Positions 50,545 to 62,514 of a DNA stretch of 64,000 nt are shown here, in pieces. The stretch spans positions 558,001-622,000 of the forward strand of contig BQFW01000006.1 in the NCBI GenBank assembly GCA_020891255.1, in the 5' to 3' direction. Every line of letters starts with the position of its first letter. The first letter of the stretch is position 1. The DNA comes from Entomortierella parvispora E1425 (lineage: Eukaryota; Fungi; Mortierellomycota). The translations under genes were made by a program, and so were the position numbers. Under the pieces are notes generated by a model. It did not search any database and was not told where the DNA came from. It saw nothing but the letters and a program-made list of their open reading frames with translations.

Positions 50545-50913
50545 GCACCAAAAACGATGCGTCAAGTAGCCCTCGGAAAAAGGACAAGGTGAAGAGGCAC
50601 TCACGAGAATAAAAAAAAAAGTTTCTTTGGAGCTCTAGGATGGCGTGGGAAAGATATGGAGGGAATTGATGGAGCGGTGGCGAAAAATGTCAATGCCGCT
50701 CTTTTCATGTTGAAAATATGGGTGTAACTCGGAGGTAAATGCTATATACATCGTATGACAATAATATCAAGGGTGGTTCATGGCCACCGCTGGCCTTTGC
50801 AGAAAAAAAGCTTATAAAAACCATCATTCCATCCACATTTTTTTATGTCTGCTCCTGCTCTCTTGACAGTCGCACGCTGCTCCAGAACATCTACTCTACT
50901 CATATACAAGGCC

Positions 50914-51546
50914 ATGTCTCCCATGCTCAGGGGCCTCACTTTCAACGGTCTTCAGAAGAACCCCGTCCACTCGATCTATTGCGCCAACCATGAGCTTCTC
51001 GACTACATTTCCACCAAGTGGCACATCCCAAAGGAGGACGACATCGACACTCGGTATATACAAAGACACCGTGTTCAAAAATCTGGGTTCTCCGTTCGCG
51101 CTCTATACCGACTCGTCTGCACCTTCCCTGAGGCGGTCCATGCAGAGCCCACCGACAAGTCTGCTTGGTGGTCTACATTCACGCACAAGACCACTGGCAA
51201 GTTCTTTGGGTTTGATGATATCAAAGGACGCGTCGCGCTCCGGATCCGAATGGAAGAGTTCTACTTGCGAGATGACCAACGCAAAAACAAGGACCGAGGG
51301 AGTGTCTGGCGCGCCATGGAAGCACTGAAGAAAAGTGAGTCTTATGAGGAGATTTCAAGACCTTACTCTGAGGTTCTGCCACGGGAGTTGGTGGATCGTC
51401 TGCGTGCACCCGAGACGGAGGATCCAGAGCTGTTAAAAGAGTTGAGACAGTTTGTCGAGGACAAGGTCTTCAGTGGCACAAAAGATGCTTCGATTATGCT
51501 TATTCATTCCGTCCACATTAATATTGATTCGGTCCATGTTTCTTAA
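50914..51546 (+). CDS. Uncharacterised partner-family gene A, rearranged (internal deletion with compensating insertion, 3' end replaced); possibly a pseudogene
   Basis: Near-identical to 62515..63264 but lacks ~101 nt, has a 2-nt insertion ~50 nt downstream, and loses homology after GTCTTCAG (~51472). Confidence 0.6.
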   Translation: MSPMLRGLTFNGLQKNPVHSIYCANHELLDYISTKWHIPKEDDIDTRYIQRHRVQKSGFSVRALYRLVCTFPEAVHAEPTDKSAWWSTFTHKTTGKFFGFDDIKGRVALRIRMEEFYLRDDQRKNKDRGSVWRAMEALKKSESYEEISRPYSEVLPRELVDRLRAPETEDPELLKELRQFVEDKVFSGTKDASIMLIHSVHINIDSVHVS

Positions 51547-51569
51547 TTCATAGTGTGAAAGACTAAGGG

Positions 51570-52157
51570 TTCGACTTCCTAATTTCGAGCAGGGATTTCG
51601 GAAGAAGACACTCTACCTTTGGCACTGGACTGCGGGTAGGGCAGATTTCAGCGCTCCTTAGCCAATGCAGCGTTGGTGCAATGACCGAACGGGTGAGTTG
51701 CTTAGACTCAAATGAGAACGGTATATAAACGTGAAGGCGATGAAGCAACAACTCAAATGGAAATACGAAGGACTCGACTCCCTAATTTCGAGCAGGGATT
51801 TCGGAAGAAGACACTCTACCTTTGGCACTGGACTGCGGGTAGGGCAGATTTCAGCGCTCCTTAGCCAATGCAGCGTAGGTGCAATGACCGAACGGGTGAG
51901 TTGCTTAGACTCAAATGAGAACGGTATATAAACGTGAAGGCGATGAAGCAACAACTCAAATGGAAATACGAAGGACTCGACTCCCTAATTTCGAGCAGGG
52001 ATTTCGGAAGAAGACACTCTACCTTTGGCACTGGACTGCGGGTAGGGCAGATTTCAGCGCTCCTTAGCCAATGCAGCGTAGGTACAATGACCGAACGGGT
52101 GGGTTGCTTAAGCCCAAATGAGAACGGTATACAAATGTGAAGGCGATGAAACAACAG
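51570..52157. repeat. Tandem repeat, 203-bp unit, ~2.9 copies
   Basis: AATTTCGAGCAGGGATTTCGG recurs at 51581, 51784 and 51987 (period 203). Copies differ by only a few substitutions. Confidence 0.95.
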
Positions 52158-52306
52158 AATCTAAACTTACCTAGAAAACAACAGCGAGATGCGAGAAGGA
52201 TGGGAACCCAGAAGGATGGGACGAGCCTAAGGGAGATGCGAACGAGAAAGTGGCCACGGTCACGTGTATTTAAGGGGTGCTCACTTTACACCCGAAAGAT
52301 AATAAC

Positions 52307-52402
52307 GACACCTCTGACAGTTTTTGGGGTCTTGGAGAGCCCTTGAAAGCGCTTTGACCGGACATATCGTCAGTAACTTGTCGACTTTTACGGGTGGACT
52401 CT
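52307..52402. promoter_or_regulatory. Conserved non-coding block upstream of sacsin-BTB copy 3 (paired with 40711..40806)
   Basis: See 40711..40806. Confidence 0.45.
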
Positions 52403-52965
52403 GGAAATGCACGAGAAACAGGTCACAGAGCGAAGCCGAGACACAAGCACCACAAGGGCCAGGGGTGCCTGTTCGTGCAACAGGGGGAAAATAATACGTT
52501 ACTTTGCTGTGCTGCATGCGTGCCACCATCTCGACTTGCCCCAAGGTGGACAAACCACGCGCACGCAGGAAGCCTTGGCGTGCAGAAACACAACCAGGTG
52601 GACGGCAAAGTGAGAAAGCAAACAGAGCAAAAAAAAGTGGATAATAGATCATGCTGGACAACACGGGCACGGACCGTCTTTTTTTCTGTCTGACCTGTGC
52701 CTCGCCTGCCATCACCATCTTCTTTGCCCCTCTCTGCCTTCCAACTTCGCCTTCGCTTTGCTCCTTTTCTTTTTCATCCAGCCCCGATCTTTTTCATCCT
52801 TCCCCGATCTTTTTCTTCTTCTCCTAACTACGTTTTCTTCTTCTCCTAACCACGCTTTCTTCTTCTCCTAACTACGGCCCTTTCCTCCCTCTCCCTCTCT
52901 GTCTCCCTCTCTCTGTCACTGAGAGCCAAGACAAAAAAAGCTCACCGCTAGTCACCAAGCTTGCC

Positions 52966-55900
52966 ATGTCCGAGAATAACAACCACTATCGCTCCGACGA
53001 CGAGGACAACGACGCTGCCGCCGATGAAAGCTTTGAGGTCACTGAACCCTTAACCCGTCGCATCGCCAGCATCCTGGGCGACTATGCCGATGGACCACAG
53101 ATTGCCCGTGAACTGTTGCAGAACAGCGAGGATGCAGTCTCCCGAAAGCAGTGGTTCTTGCTCGATCATCGCACCCATCCTTCCGAGACCGTCTTTCGAG
53201 AGGGCTTGGAAGAGTACATGGGGCCAGCTCTTCTGGCTGGAAACGACTCTTCGTTCAAGAAGGAAGATTTCGAATCCCTGAAAAGTCTTGCGGACAGTAG
53301 CAAGAAGGGCGACTATGAAAAGATTGGCCAAATGGGCATTGGCTTCAACAGGTAAAGACTGACTGCATATTACTTTTTGAGCTGAACAAGAAAGTGGAGG
53401 GCGAATGAGTCGATGACTGATTTTGGATACCATCTCCACCCATTCGAATTTGTTCATCTTCACTTTTTCTTTTAGTGTCTACCATATGACAGACTGTCCC
53501 TCCTTCCTGTCGCAAGATCAGCTAGTAATCATTGAGCCCCATGCAAAGATCTTCCACGGTCTCAACGGCGAACGTCGGGGAGGCGCTAAAACAAACTTTG
53601 TCCATAAACGTCGAGGACTCAAGCGTTACGCAGACCAAATCAAACCTTTTACAGCCTTGAACGACGACGTGGATCTGTCTGAGCCTTACGATGGTACCAT
53701 CTTCAGGTTCCCTTTGCGTACAAAGCCCTCCGATATTTCCAAGAGTGCATACTCTTCAGAACAGGTAAAAAACCACAGAGAAGCGCCCGGTGAGCGTGCG
53801 CTGAAATGGATTGATGATGGTGACTGATTCTCCATTTTGCCACCAAAATTTGAATAGGCAAGAGACATGCTGATGGCATTCAAGGAAGAGGCGCTCGAGT
53901 GTCTGCTCTTCCTTACCAATGTCGAGCAGATCTCGATCTATGAGAGAAAGGATGGCGATGCAAAGCCAACCCTGCTTTTTGACATTCAGATCACGAACGC
54001 AGAAGAGGTCCGAGCCGAACGAAAAAAATTCACGGATGGATTTAAGGATCGGCTAGACCTTCAATATACAAACCAACACGAAAATGAGTCCACTCTAGAC
54101 TACTCCATCAGACCCGAATTCAAGATGACGGACGAGAATGGCCGTGTCACCTCGGAAATCTGGCAGATCACCAGCATGATGGGAAGTGCCGTAGAGGCCT
54201 ATCGACAAATGACGGAACGGACAGAGGCCGATCCCACTGCGCACAGGCTTATCCCTTGGGTCGGTATTGCAGCCCCGGTGGATCCCAAGATCAAGATCAA
54301 AAACTCTCGCCTGTTTTGTTTCCTGCCCATTAGGAATAGCAACTTGTTCCCTGTCCATATCAACGGTCATTTTGCAGTGAAGCAGAGTCGTCGAGAGATC
54401 TGGACCAACCAAGACAAAGATCTTCCTTCCAAGAGCGAGGCGCGTCTGAAAGCTCATTGGAACGAGTACATGATTACCGAACTAATTCCGAAGGTGTATG
54501 CTCGCTTCTTGGAGAACATGGGTCTCGATCATGGTGTCAAGTATGGCCTGTGGCCTGTGCCAAATAAGTCTTCCGACGAGAGTTATGCTCTCATGCGTGA
54601 GATGACGGCCCGGGTGCTTGTACAGGCTATCAAGGAACAGCGAAAAATATTCTTCGTTGGACCTTCGTCAAGTCAAGCAATGACCTTCGAGAATTGCCAC
54701 ATTGTGGATCATACTCTTGGAAATTCCACCTTACTAGTGGATATCCTACATCAGATGGTTAGCCTGGTAGTGGGCTTGCCTGGAGACATTGTCGCCTCTC
54801 TCAAATCGGTCGCCGAAACCTTGGGATTACAAGAGCGACTCCTCGACCCTGCTCGGGTCAGACAGTGCTTATTGCAGCATGTGGACCTATTCTCGGAGGT
54901 ATCCTCACCGGCCAAGTCCCAGACTTTGGAGTACTGCTTCATAGATCAAGATGTCGAGGCTCTTGAAGGACTACCAATCTTACCAATGGCCGATGGCTCA
55001 TGGGCCAAGTTTAGCGGAGAAGCGAAGGACAGTCGGTAAGCTGTAGTCCTGGTAATCTCCAGTGGTCTTTTTTTTTCCTCAAGAGTGCTGACTGACAAAT
55101 ATCATTGGTCACTCGGTTGTATTTCTGTAGCTTTTTGGTCAGCAACCAGGAATACGAGATCCTTGCTTTCTCCAAAGATGGTCTTATCCGCCTCAATGAA
55201 CCCGCATTCCCGTACTCTATCATTGAAAACCCAGCATTCAGCATTTTCCTCACACAAGGGATTCCCCGCTCTTCCTTTGTACAAAAAATACGCGGATCGT
55301 TTTCTACCCACTATCGTGACGGTGCCGGTAGCTTTCCTACCGACAAATGGCTCTCGCAACTTTGGGGCTATCTCGTAACACGCGAAAGTCTTATCCCTCA
55401 GCTCGAAGGGCTGCATTTGCTGAGGATTACTGGCAACAGACTCGCTCCACTAGACGAAAACAATCATGTTTTGGTCCTCGACGGACAGGGGTCTCAAACA
55501 GCACCCATTCTTGAGAAGACCTTGACTATCATGGCCAATCAGCTTGGATGTTTTGTGCTGGCGGGGGAACAACACGGTCCTATCACTTTAGCAGGAAACT
55601 ATCTCACAAATATCACGAATGTCCCAGGGGTCCTTTCAATTCTCGACTCAGTCCCATCTTTCAAGTTTGCTTCTCTTGATCAGATACATCGCCAAGAGCT
55701 TAGTCGGTATATACAACGTTACCTATCGTCAAGAGAGCATTTATGGCAAAATCAACAGGCGGCTCTTCGGAAATTGCCGATTTTTTGCGGCTACAAAGAC
55801 GCGGAGCTGAAGTCAGTTGACATGTTGGACAGGGAGTACGGAGGTACCTGGTATATTTGCAGTGGCTTTTCATCTTCTGAGCTTCCGTGGATGCCGCTGG

Positions 55901-58900
55901 GAATTACCCTTTTCCGACAAGGGCAAGATCTTGAGATGGTGCTGCAACGAATCCTGTTAATTCCGAGTATGAACGAACCTTTGTATTGGACCCGTTTGCT
56001 TCCCAATCTGCCAGAAGTACCAGAGTCAGAGTGGGACAAGATCATTTTGGCCTTTGCACAGAAATTTCGTTCCCACTCGGACCACCATTCATTTACATCG
56101 ATCCTCCGGAATCTGGCATTCGTCAGCGTCAGAGGGCCGGGTCTGGGATCTCAGACCAGACGGATCCATCCACAACATGTCATCAGCCCTAGCCTGGAGA
56201 TGCTGTATCTACCAGATGATGTTTTCTTCCCGAAAGGAATCTATACCGAAGGCCCAATTTTGACAATGCTGCAGTCACTGGGAATGACGACTACGTTCAG
56301 CGAGGAAATTGCTATGGAGCGCATCCAGACCATCTCTAGATGCAACCAGTGGGACACCTCTGTTAATCTGGCTGCGACTGCTCTTCTTGATCAGATACGG
56401 TCAGAGAATCGATTTTCTCCAAACCTAACTGATATAATACAGAGTCATCGGTGGATTCCTGGATCGATGTCCTTCGATCCCAACAACATCAGCCTGTACA
56501 TGCCGGGAGAGTGCCGGCCTTTCGATGACAGGGTATTGCTGGGAGACACAATGCCTGCCGTGGATATCACTTTCCCAAGCCCAGCGCTGAAAAAGGCGTT
56601 CGGCTGGGATCAGCGACCTCCACTTGACAAGGTTCTTCTACATCTTACACAACTGATTGAGGCTGGATGCGAGCAATCGGAAATCGAGGAGACACAGGAG
56701 ACCTCTTTGAAGGCCATTTATAAAGAACTCCTTTGGCGCATTCGTTATTCAGCAGCGCTTGAAACGATCAAGAAGGCAGTTGGGCTACGCAAATGGATCC
56801 TCGTGAACAAAAAGTTGTATGCTACCGATCGAGTTGCCTTCAGCATGCCGTCGTTCCTGGCCCCAAGATCAGTTGAGATTCCGCCCATTGGATTTGATGT
56901 CTTATTCAGAGCTATGGGTGTGCCAGAGTCAGTGGAAGCGAACGATCTGCAGGGCATACTCCGCGAACTGACTGCACAATATGATGAGGACACTCCGCTG
57001 TCAGAGGAGGACGCTCTGCTTGCGACTAGGATTTTAGAACATATTGCTACTACTCCACCAAACTCTGGACAACACGGGGATCTTTCAGAGCTCCTTGTAC
57101 TCACTCAGGACTCTAAGTTGTGCAGGATCGACAAGGTTGTCTATGACGATATGAACGCAAGTCAGGAGGCCTCGGAGACTTTGAACTATTCCGATGAAGA
57201 GACATACATCACGGCCAGCTCGAAAATCTCTCATCATGTGGCCACGAAGCTCAAGATCACAATGCTCTCGACACAAAACTGGCATGCCAAGAAAGACCCC
57301 GATCTCGAACCTTGGGCGCAGCAGGAAGATATCGTGGATCGGATTAGAAACATCCTAAACGACTATGATCCTTCCAGTATTTTCAAAGAGTTCCTTCAAA
57401 ACGCAGAGGATGCAGGAGCCACCAAGTGCGTCTTCAGATTGGATGAGCGCTCATATGGAACACAGTCCATTCTTAGTCCAGAGATGGCTGCATGCCAGGG
57501 ACCGGCTCTTATCATCTACAACGATGCAGAGTTCACTAAGGACGACTTTCGTGCGCTTTGCAAACTCGGTGTTGGAAACAAACGTAAGAAGAGACATCAT
57601 TCAGTTTGGCTTAAATGTGCTGAACGATATTGATTATTAACCCTACATTCGACTCTCTTGTTCATCACTAGGCGACGACACTACAAAGATCGGTCGCCAT
57701 GGTCTAGGCTTTAACTCTGCTTATCACTTCACCGATGTCCCAAGTGTTGTCAGTGGAACTCATATTGGATTCTTTGATCCCCATCGAGCGTACCTGCCGA
57801 AATCTCGTACATCCAAAGGACTGGTGGCTGAAGGAGGTGTCCGTGTCGACTTCAGGAAACTCAAAGGGCCAACGTACGCCGATCAAATGGCGCCCTACAA
57901 GGGTCTGTTTGGGTGTGATATGGAGTCCCACTTCAAAGGCACCATCTTTCGATTCCCTTTGCGCACTGCAAACAGACCGGTCCTACCAAAGATTGAGTCT
58001 TCTCTAGGGGAAAGTGCCTGGACTATCGGACGTATCGGGAGTATCATGTCTGACTGGCACCAGGATGTGAAAATCACGATGCTCTTTTTGAAAAACATGA
58101 AAACGATCGAGCTCCAAGGAGGAGAGCATCCTTGTACTGTGTCCAAGTCGGACATAACAGAGGGCTCAGTCTTGGAGGCCGTAAACACTCGGTTGCCGAA
58201 GGAATCGAGAACAACCAGCCTCATCAATATTCTGTTCAGCTTGGAAAATGGAATTAGGTCCAAGAATCGAGAGTGGCTTGTGTTCCAAGAATCTCAGTTT
58301 CCTACATCTTGTCCTGCCAGCATTGTAAATCTTGCGAAGGAATACCGGTGGACTCCGCATCGCGGAACCGCATTTCCACTGGATAAAATTGCAGATAACA
58401 CCAGGGAGATACCGCAAGGACGACTGTTCACACACTTGCCAACTCCTATCAGGACAGACACAAAGTTCCATCTGCATGGAGGATTTGCACTGTTATCCAA
58501 TCGGAAAGGTCTGTCGGGGGGGTCCGCCAGCACAGGAGATCACACAGCGCGGTGGAACGAGACATTGAGAAAGACAGTGATGCCATTGCATCTGGCCAAG
58601 GCGCTTGCTGTCTTACTTGCGTATATCATCAGCGTCAGCCCCAAGAAAACCACCCACGATTTGGATACTGCGGAGAAACAATACTACACCTATTTACCTA
58701 TGCTAGCCACCTTAGAGAGGGAGGCCATATTGGACGAGTCTGAGTTCTGGAGACACGCATACAACCGCAGAGTCTTTCCTTGCAGAGGGCTAGGTTATCA
58801 GCTGCTACCCTCGTCCGTCCAAGGATCTGTTTTCACAAATGAAGTGTTCCTCAAGCTTCCGCAAGACGCTATTCAGAAGGTCGTGCAACTATTGGTCTCT

Positions 58901-61900
58901 CGCGGGAATCGTGTCTGCAAGTACCCACCATTATATTTGAAGAAGGTCAAGGACGCATCCGCCTCGCAGTATAACGAAATATCACCTGACCTTGTTTGGA
59001 ACTGCCTCTCTGAACAACCCAACTTCCTAACAAGGATCAAGTCTTCAGAGGGCCGAGGCGCGTTTTTGGAGTATATTTTAGAGGACATTCTCAACCCTGA
59101 TGTCGACATTTACCTTTCTGTCTCGCATCTGGCGATTATACCTTTGATGAATGGTGAATGGAGGACTCCATCCTCAGCAGGAGCCACGTACTTTACGGCT
59201 TCAGCCAGTGTACGTGCTCTTATCAAAGGAAAGGACTCCCTCATTGATGAGAACATATTCAATGCTACCTCAAAACTACAGGAAATCTTGGACAAAATGG
59301 TGACAGACGGACGGTACAATGTAAAGATGATAACACCGGAGCACATCACGGCAGTATTCAACAAGGAAAACCCTGGACCCTTGCACGACAGCCTCTTGGA
59401 TAGAGTTTGGTCTTTGCTCCATAGCTTTGATGATCTAAGTCCTTTTGGAAGCCTCTGTATTCTCAGAACCCTTTCAGGCGTTCTTAAGCCTCTAAACTCT
59501 TCGAAACAGGGATTGATTCTGGAGTCCTATTCCACCCCTATAGCGTGTGAGGTGTTGAGGGGATTATTGGAACGCAAGGGTGTGTCAATCTTCTCCGCTT
59601 CCAGCCATCATAACCACTCTGGAGCGCCCAAGGACCGACCTTTTAGTCCCGCAAATGTATTCAAAGAGCTGGCAAGATCCAGAGGGTGGGAAAGAATGTA
59701 TAATTTCACAACTGAAGAAGCCGCCATATTGCGCACATGGGTCATGGCAGATGAAGTCCCACAGGAGCTCTGGAGCTTTGTGGGTGGGTTCAGGATATGG
59801 AACAACCACGGTTCGCGAATGTCAATGATCAGCGCAAGCGGGTCGGTCTTCCAGGTAGCTCCGGGAGACGCCAACTTCAGCAACATTGGGCGATTCCCTA
59901 ATATTATTGATTTCCAGGGGCAGAACATGGACACCACCAAGGACCAAATCTTGACCCAGCTGGGTGCTCAACGTTTTGATATTCGGTCAATCCTGTTGGA
60001 TTATGTCGTTCCGGCTCTGCAGGCCCAATCTGGCGACATGACTGAAGAACAAAAAGTAGCATACAGGAATATTTTGGCGTCTATGTGGAACACAACTGGC
60101 GATCGTCCATCCTTGTCAGGGTCCCCGTTGATTCCAAGGAAGTCAGGAGGTTTTACTGAGGGAAGAACTCTGTTTAATCCTAATGACGACCTCTTGCGAG
60201 CCTTGTTCAATGACCACGATGAGATGTTTCCAGACGAAATAGTTTGGGCAGGACTTCGAGAACTTCACCTTGGTGGTCCTTTTGGTCTTCAAACCTCGAA
60301 TGACAGCCTCACCATAAGACGATGCGCCGAGGAATTGCTAGCCAAGATTTCTAGTCTGCCTATTGAGCGGCGAATTCTGAGTGCAACCATGACTTCGGCC
60401 ACTAGCTCTCCAGAACTCCATGGTATAGCTGTGCAACTTGTAAAGAAGATCTACGCCCTGGACACCTCTCATCTGAGTATTTCAGAATTGACGAACTGGG
60501 GCGACGAGAGATGGGCTATTGTCCCCGCAGAGCTGACAAGGGATCCAATCCAGCTCTTGAAGGCCCCGCTCGGGCTGCCTACATATATGCCATTCTCGAA
60601 ACTTCGATGCAAGGATCAGCAACTCGAAACATGGACTGAATGTGCGTATTTCCCATCTGGTCTCGAGCCCCCTGCTCACTTCCTGGCGGTCCATCCAGGT
60701 GCGACAAATCTCTCCACTAGAGACTTTGGTCAACACTTCCGCACATTGGTTACAGAGTTAGCCCCGTCTTGGTCATCGATGAATCATCAGCTGATGCTGA
60801 AAAGCTCCCTCTTCAAACTCTACGAGAGGTTTGAAAACGACGTGCAACAGGCCAGCTCAAGAATCAGGCTAGTTGATTTCTTCAACACACACTTGAGAGG
60901 CATCTCCTTTATTATGAATGGTGATCATTTGGACCCGACTCTACCAGAGTCCTGGCGAAGGCCCAATCAACTGATCTTGGACATTGAACACGACTTGGAA
61001 CATCAGCAGCCGGTCCATTCGAAACTGCTCGTCTACAGAAACTTTTTGGTGGCGGTCGGTGTGCGAGAGATCAAAAAGGTTGAGGGCCACACTGTTATCG
61101 TTCCACCAGGCCGTGAACTTGGACTCGTGGAAAAGAAAATGGCAGAGTCGTTTGAGAGACAAGACTCGACAATGGGCTTTATGGACGTTAAGTTTACCTT
61201 CCCAGACCCTTCAATCGGATCAGAACCAGCGACGAAATCCATCTTGGCCCACAGGTTTTTCCTTGCCCACACATGCGACTATTTCTCGAAACTTTTTGCT
61301 GGTGCCTGGTCCAAGTTTGCCCTCTATGATGCAAATGACCAAGGGTTGACAGTTGTGGACATGTCAAAAGCTATGGACAGCCAGGCCGCATACGATGTCT
61401 TTTGGGGGGTGCTGTACTACTTGTACACGGACAAGCTAGTACTGACCAATGGCCCCTCTTCGGCGGCTGACGCAAGTCAGGAAGGAGCCGTGGAGAGTGA
61501 GAACACCAACCGCAAGGACCGAGCGCTCTATTTGGGTGAGCTCTTAAAAGCAGCAAATCTCTACTGTCTAGACAGACTCATGTCTTTAATTGCCAGGTCC
61601 CTCATGCCCTCATTGATCGACATTGACACTGCGTTTAACATCCGGGAGTATGCTCGAGAAACCTCGCAGGCGGACTTGATTGCATGTTGTACAGCGTATA
61701 TCCGCGATAATCACTTGATTATGGGGGAGCAAATCAGAGTGTATGTCAACCGTATCACCACTAATATTGATCACGTCAAGGAGGATATTGAACGCGTCAA
61801 GGCGGGTATTGGGCACGTAGAAGAAGAAGGTGATCCAGGATTAGACAACAGCTATGAGAACTATGCTGGCGAGGAAAGTGACGGCAGTGACGGGTTTGAA

Positions 61901-62113
61901 GTCGTGGGTGAGAGCACATCTGAGGAGACGGTGAGTGATGGTGATCAGAGCAGCTCTGACACGGTCGCCCAGCTCGATATTGCCCATAAACCACAAATGC
62001 AGGACCAAGAACTAGACCGTCCTACTCTTGCGGGATTGATGGAGGAACTCGAGGAGCTGGAGGCACATTTGTCCAACTACGAAGACCAACTTCGGGACTT
62101 TGCTGATCTTTGA
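52966..62113 (+). CDS. Sacsin-repeat + BTB protein, copy 3, 2,915 aa; exons 52966..53351, 53476..53764, 53858..55035, 55131..57583, 57672..62113
   Basis: Spliced length 8,748 nt, in frame. Same intron positions and motifs as copies 1 and 2. Confidence 0.88.
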
Positions 62114-62514
62114 ACGTAGGCACCAAAAGGATCCATCGAGCAGCCGTCAGAAATAGGACAAGATAGAGACCCCTTTCATGAAAAGATCTCTCGCCGGCAC
62201 TTCAAGAAAATAAAAAAATAAAAAAATCCCCTTCCTTCTTTGGAGCTCTAGAATGGCGTGGGAAAGGTATGGAAGGAATTGAAGGAGCGGTGGCAAAAGA
62301 TGTCAATACCACTTTTAGGTTGAATATGGGTGTAACTCGGAGGTAAATACTTGCATCGTAAATATGACAATAATATCAAGGACATTGTGGTTCGTTGCCA
62401 CCCACTGGACTCTGGCGAAAAAAAAATATATAAATACTATCCCCACTTTTTTATGTCTGCTCCAGCTCTCTTGCACACTCCTCTAGGAAATCTCCTCTGC
62501 TCGTATACAAAGCC

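Noticed and set aside
51563-52154. Repeated short ORFs (MLLHRLHVYIPF..., MKAMKQQLKW...) and a possible CRISPR-like interpretation of the repeat
   Set aside because: The ORFs are by-products of the 203-bp tandem unit (not a multiple of 3). The units are contiguous with no unique spacers, and the DNA is eukaryotic.
30591-62113. Interpretation of the ORF-track fragments (e.g. 31455..32624, 32701..35229, 35420..39673) as separate genes or pseudogenes
   Set aside because: Canonical GT-AG introns at identical positions in all three copies join them into single uninterrupted reading frames.
1-62113. Apparent ubiquitin theme (LRR/F-box-like, OTU2, PPxY proteins, BTB) as one functional cluster
   Set aside because: These gene classes are abundant in fungal genomes and are interspersed with unrelated housekeeping genes; no sequence evidence of co-regulation.
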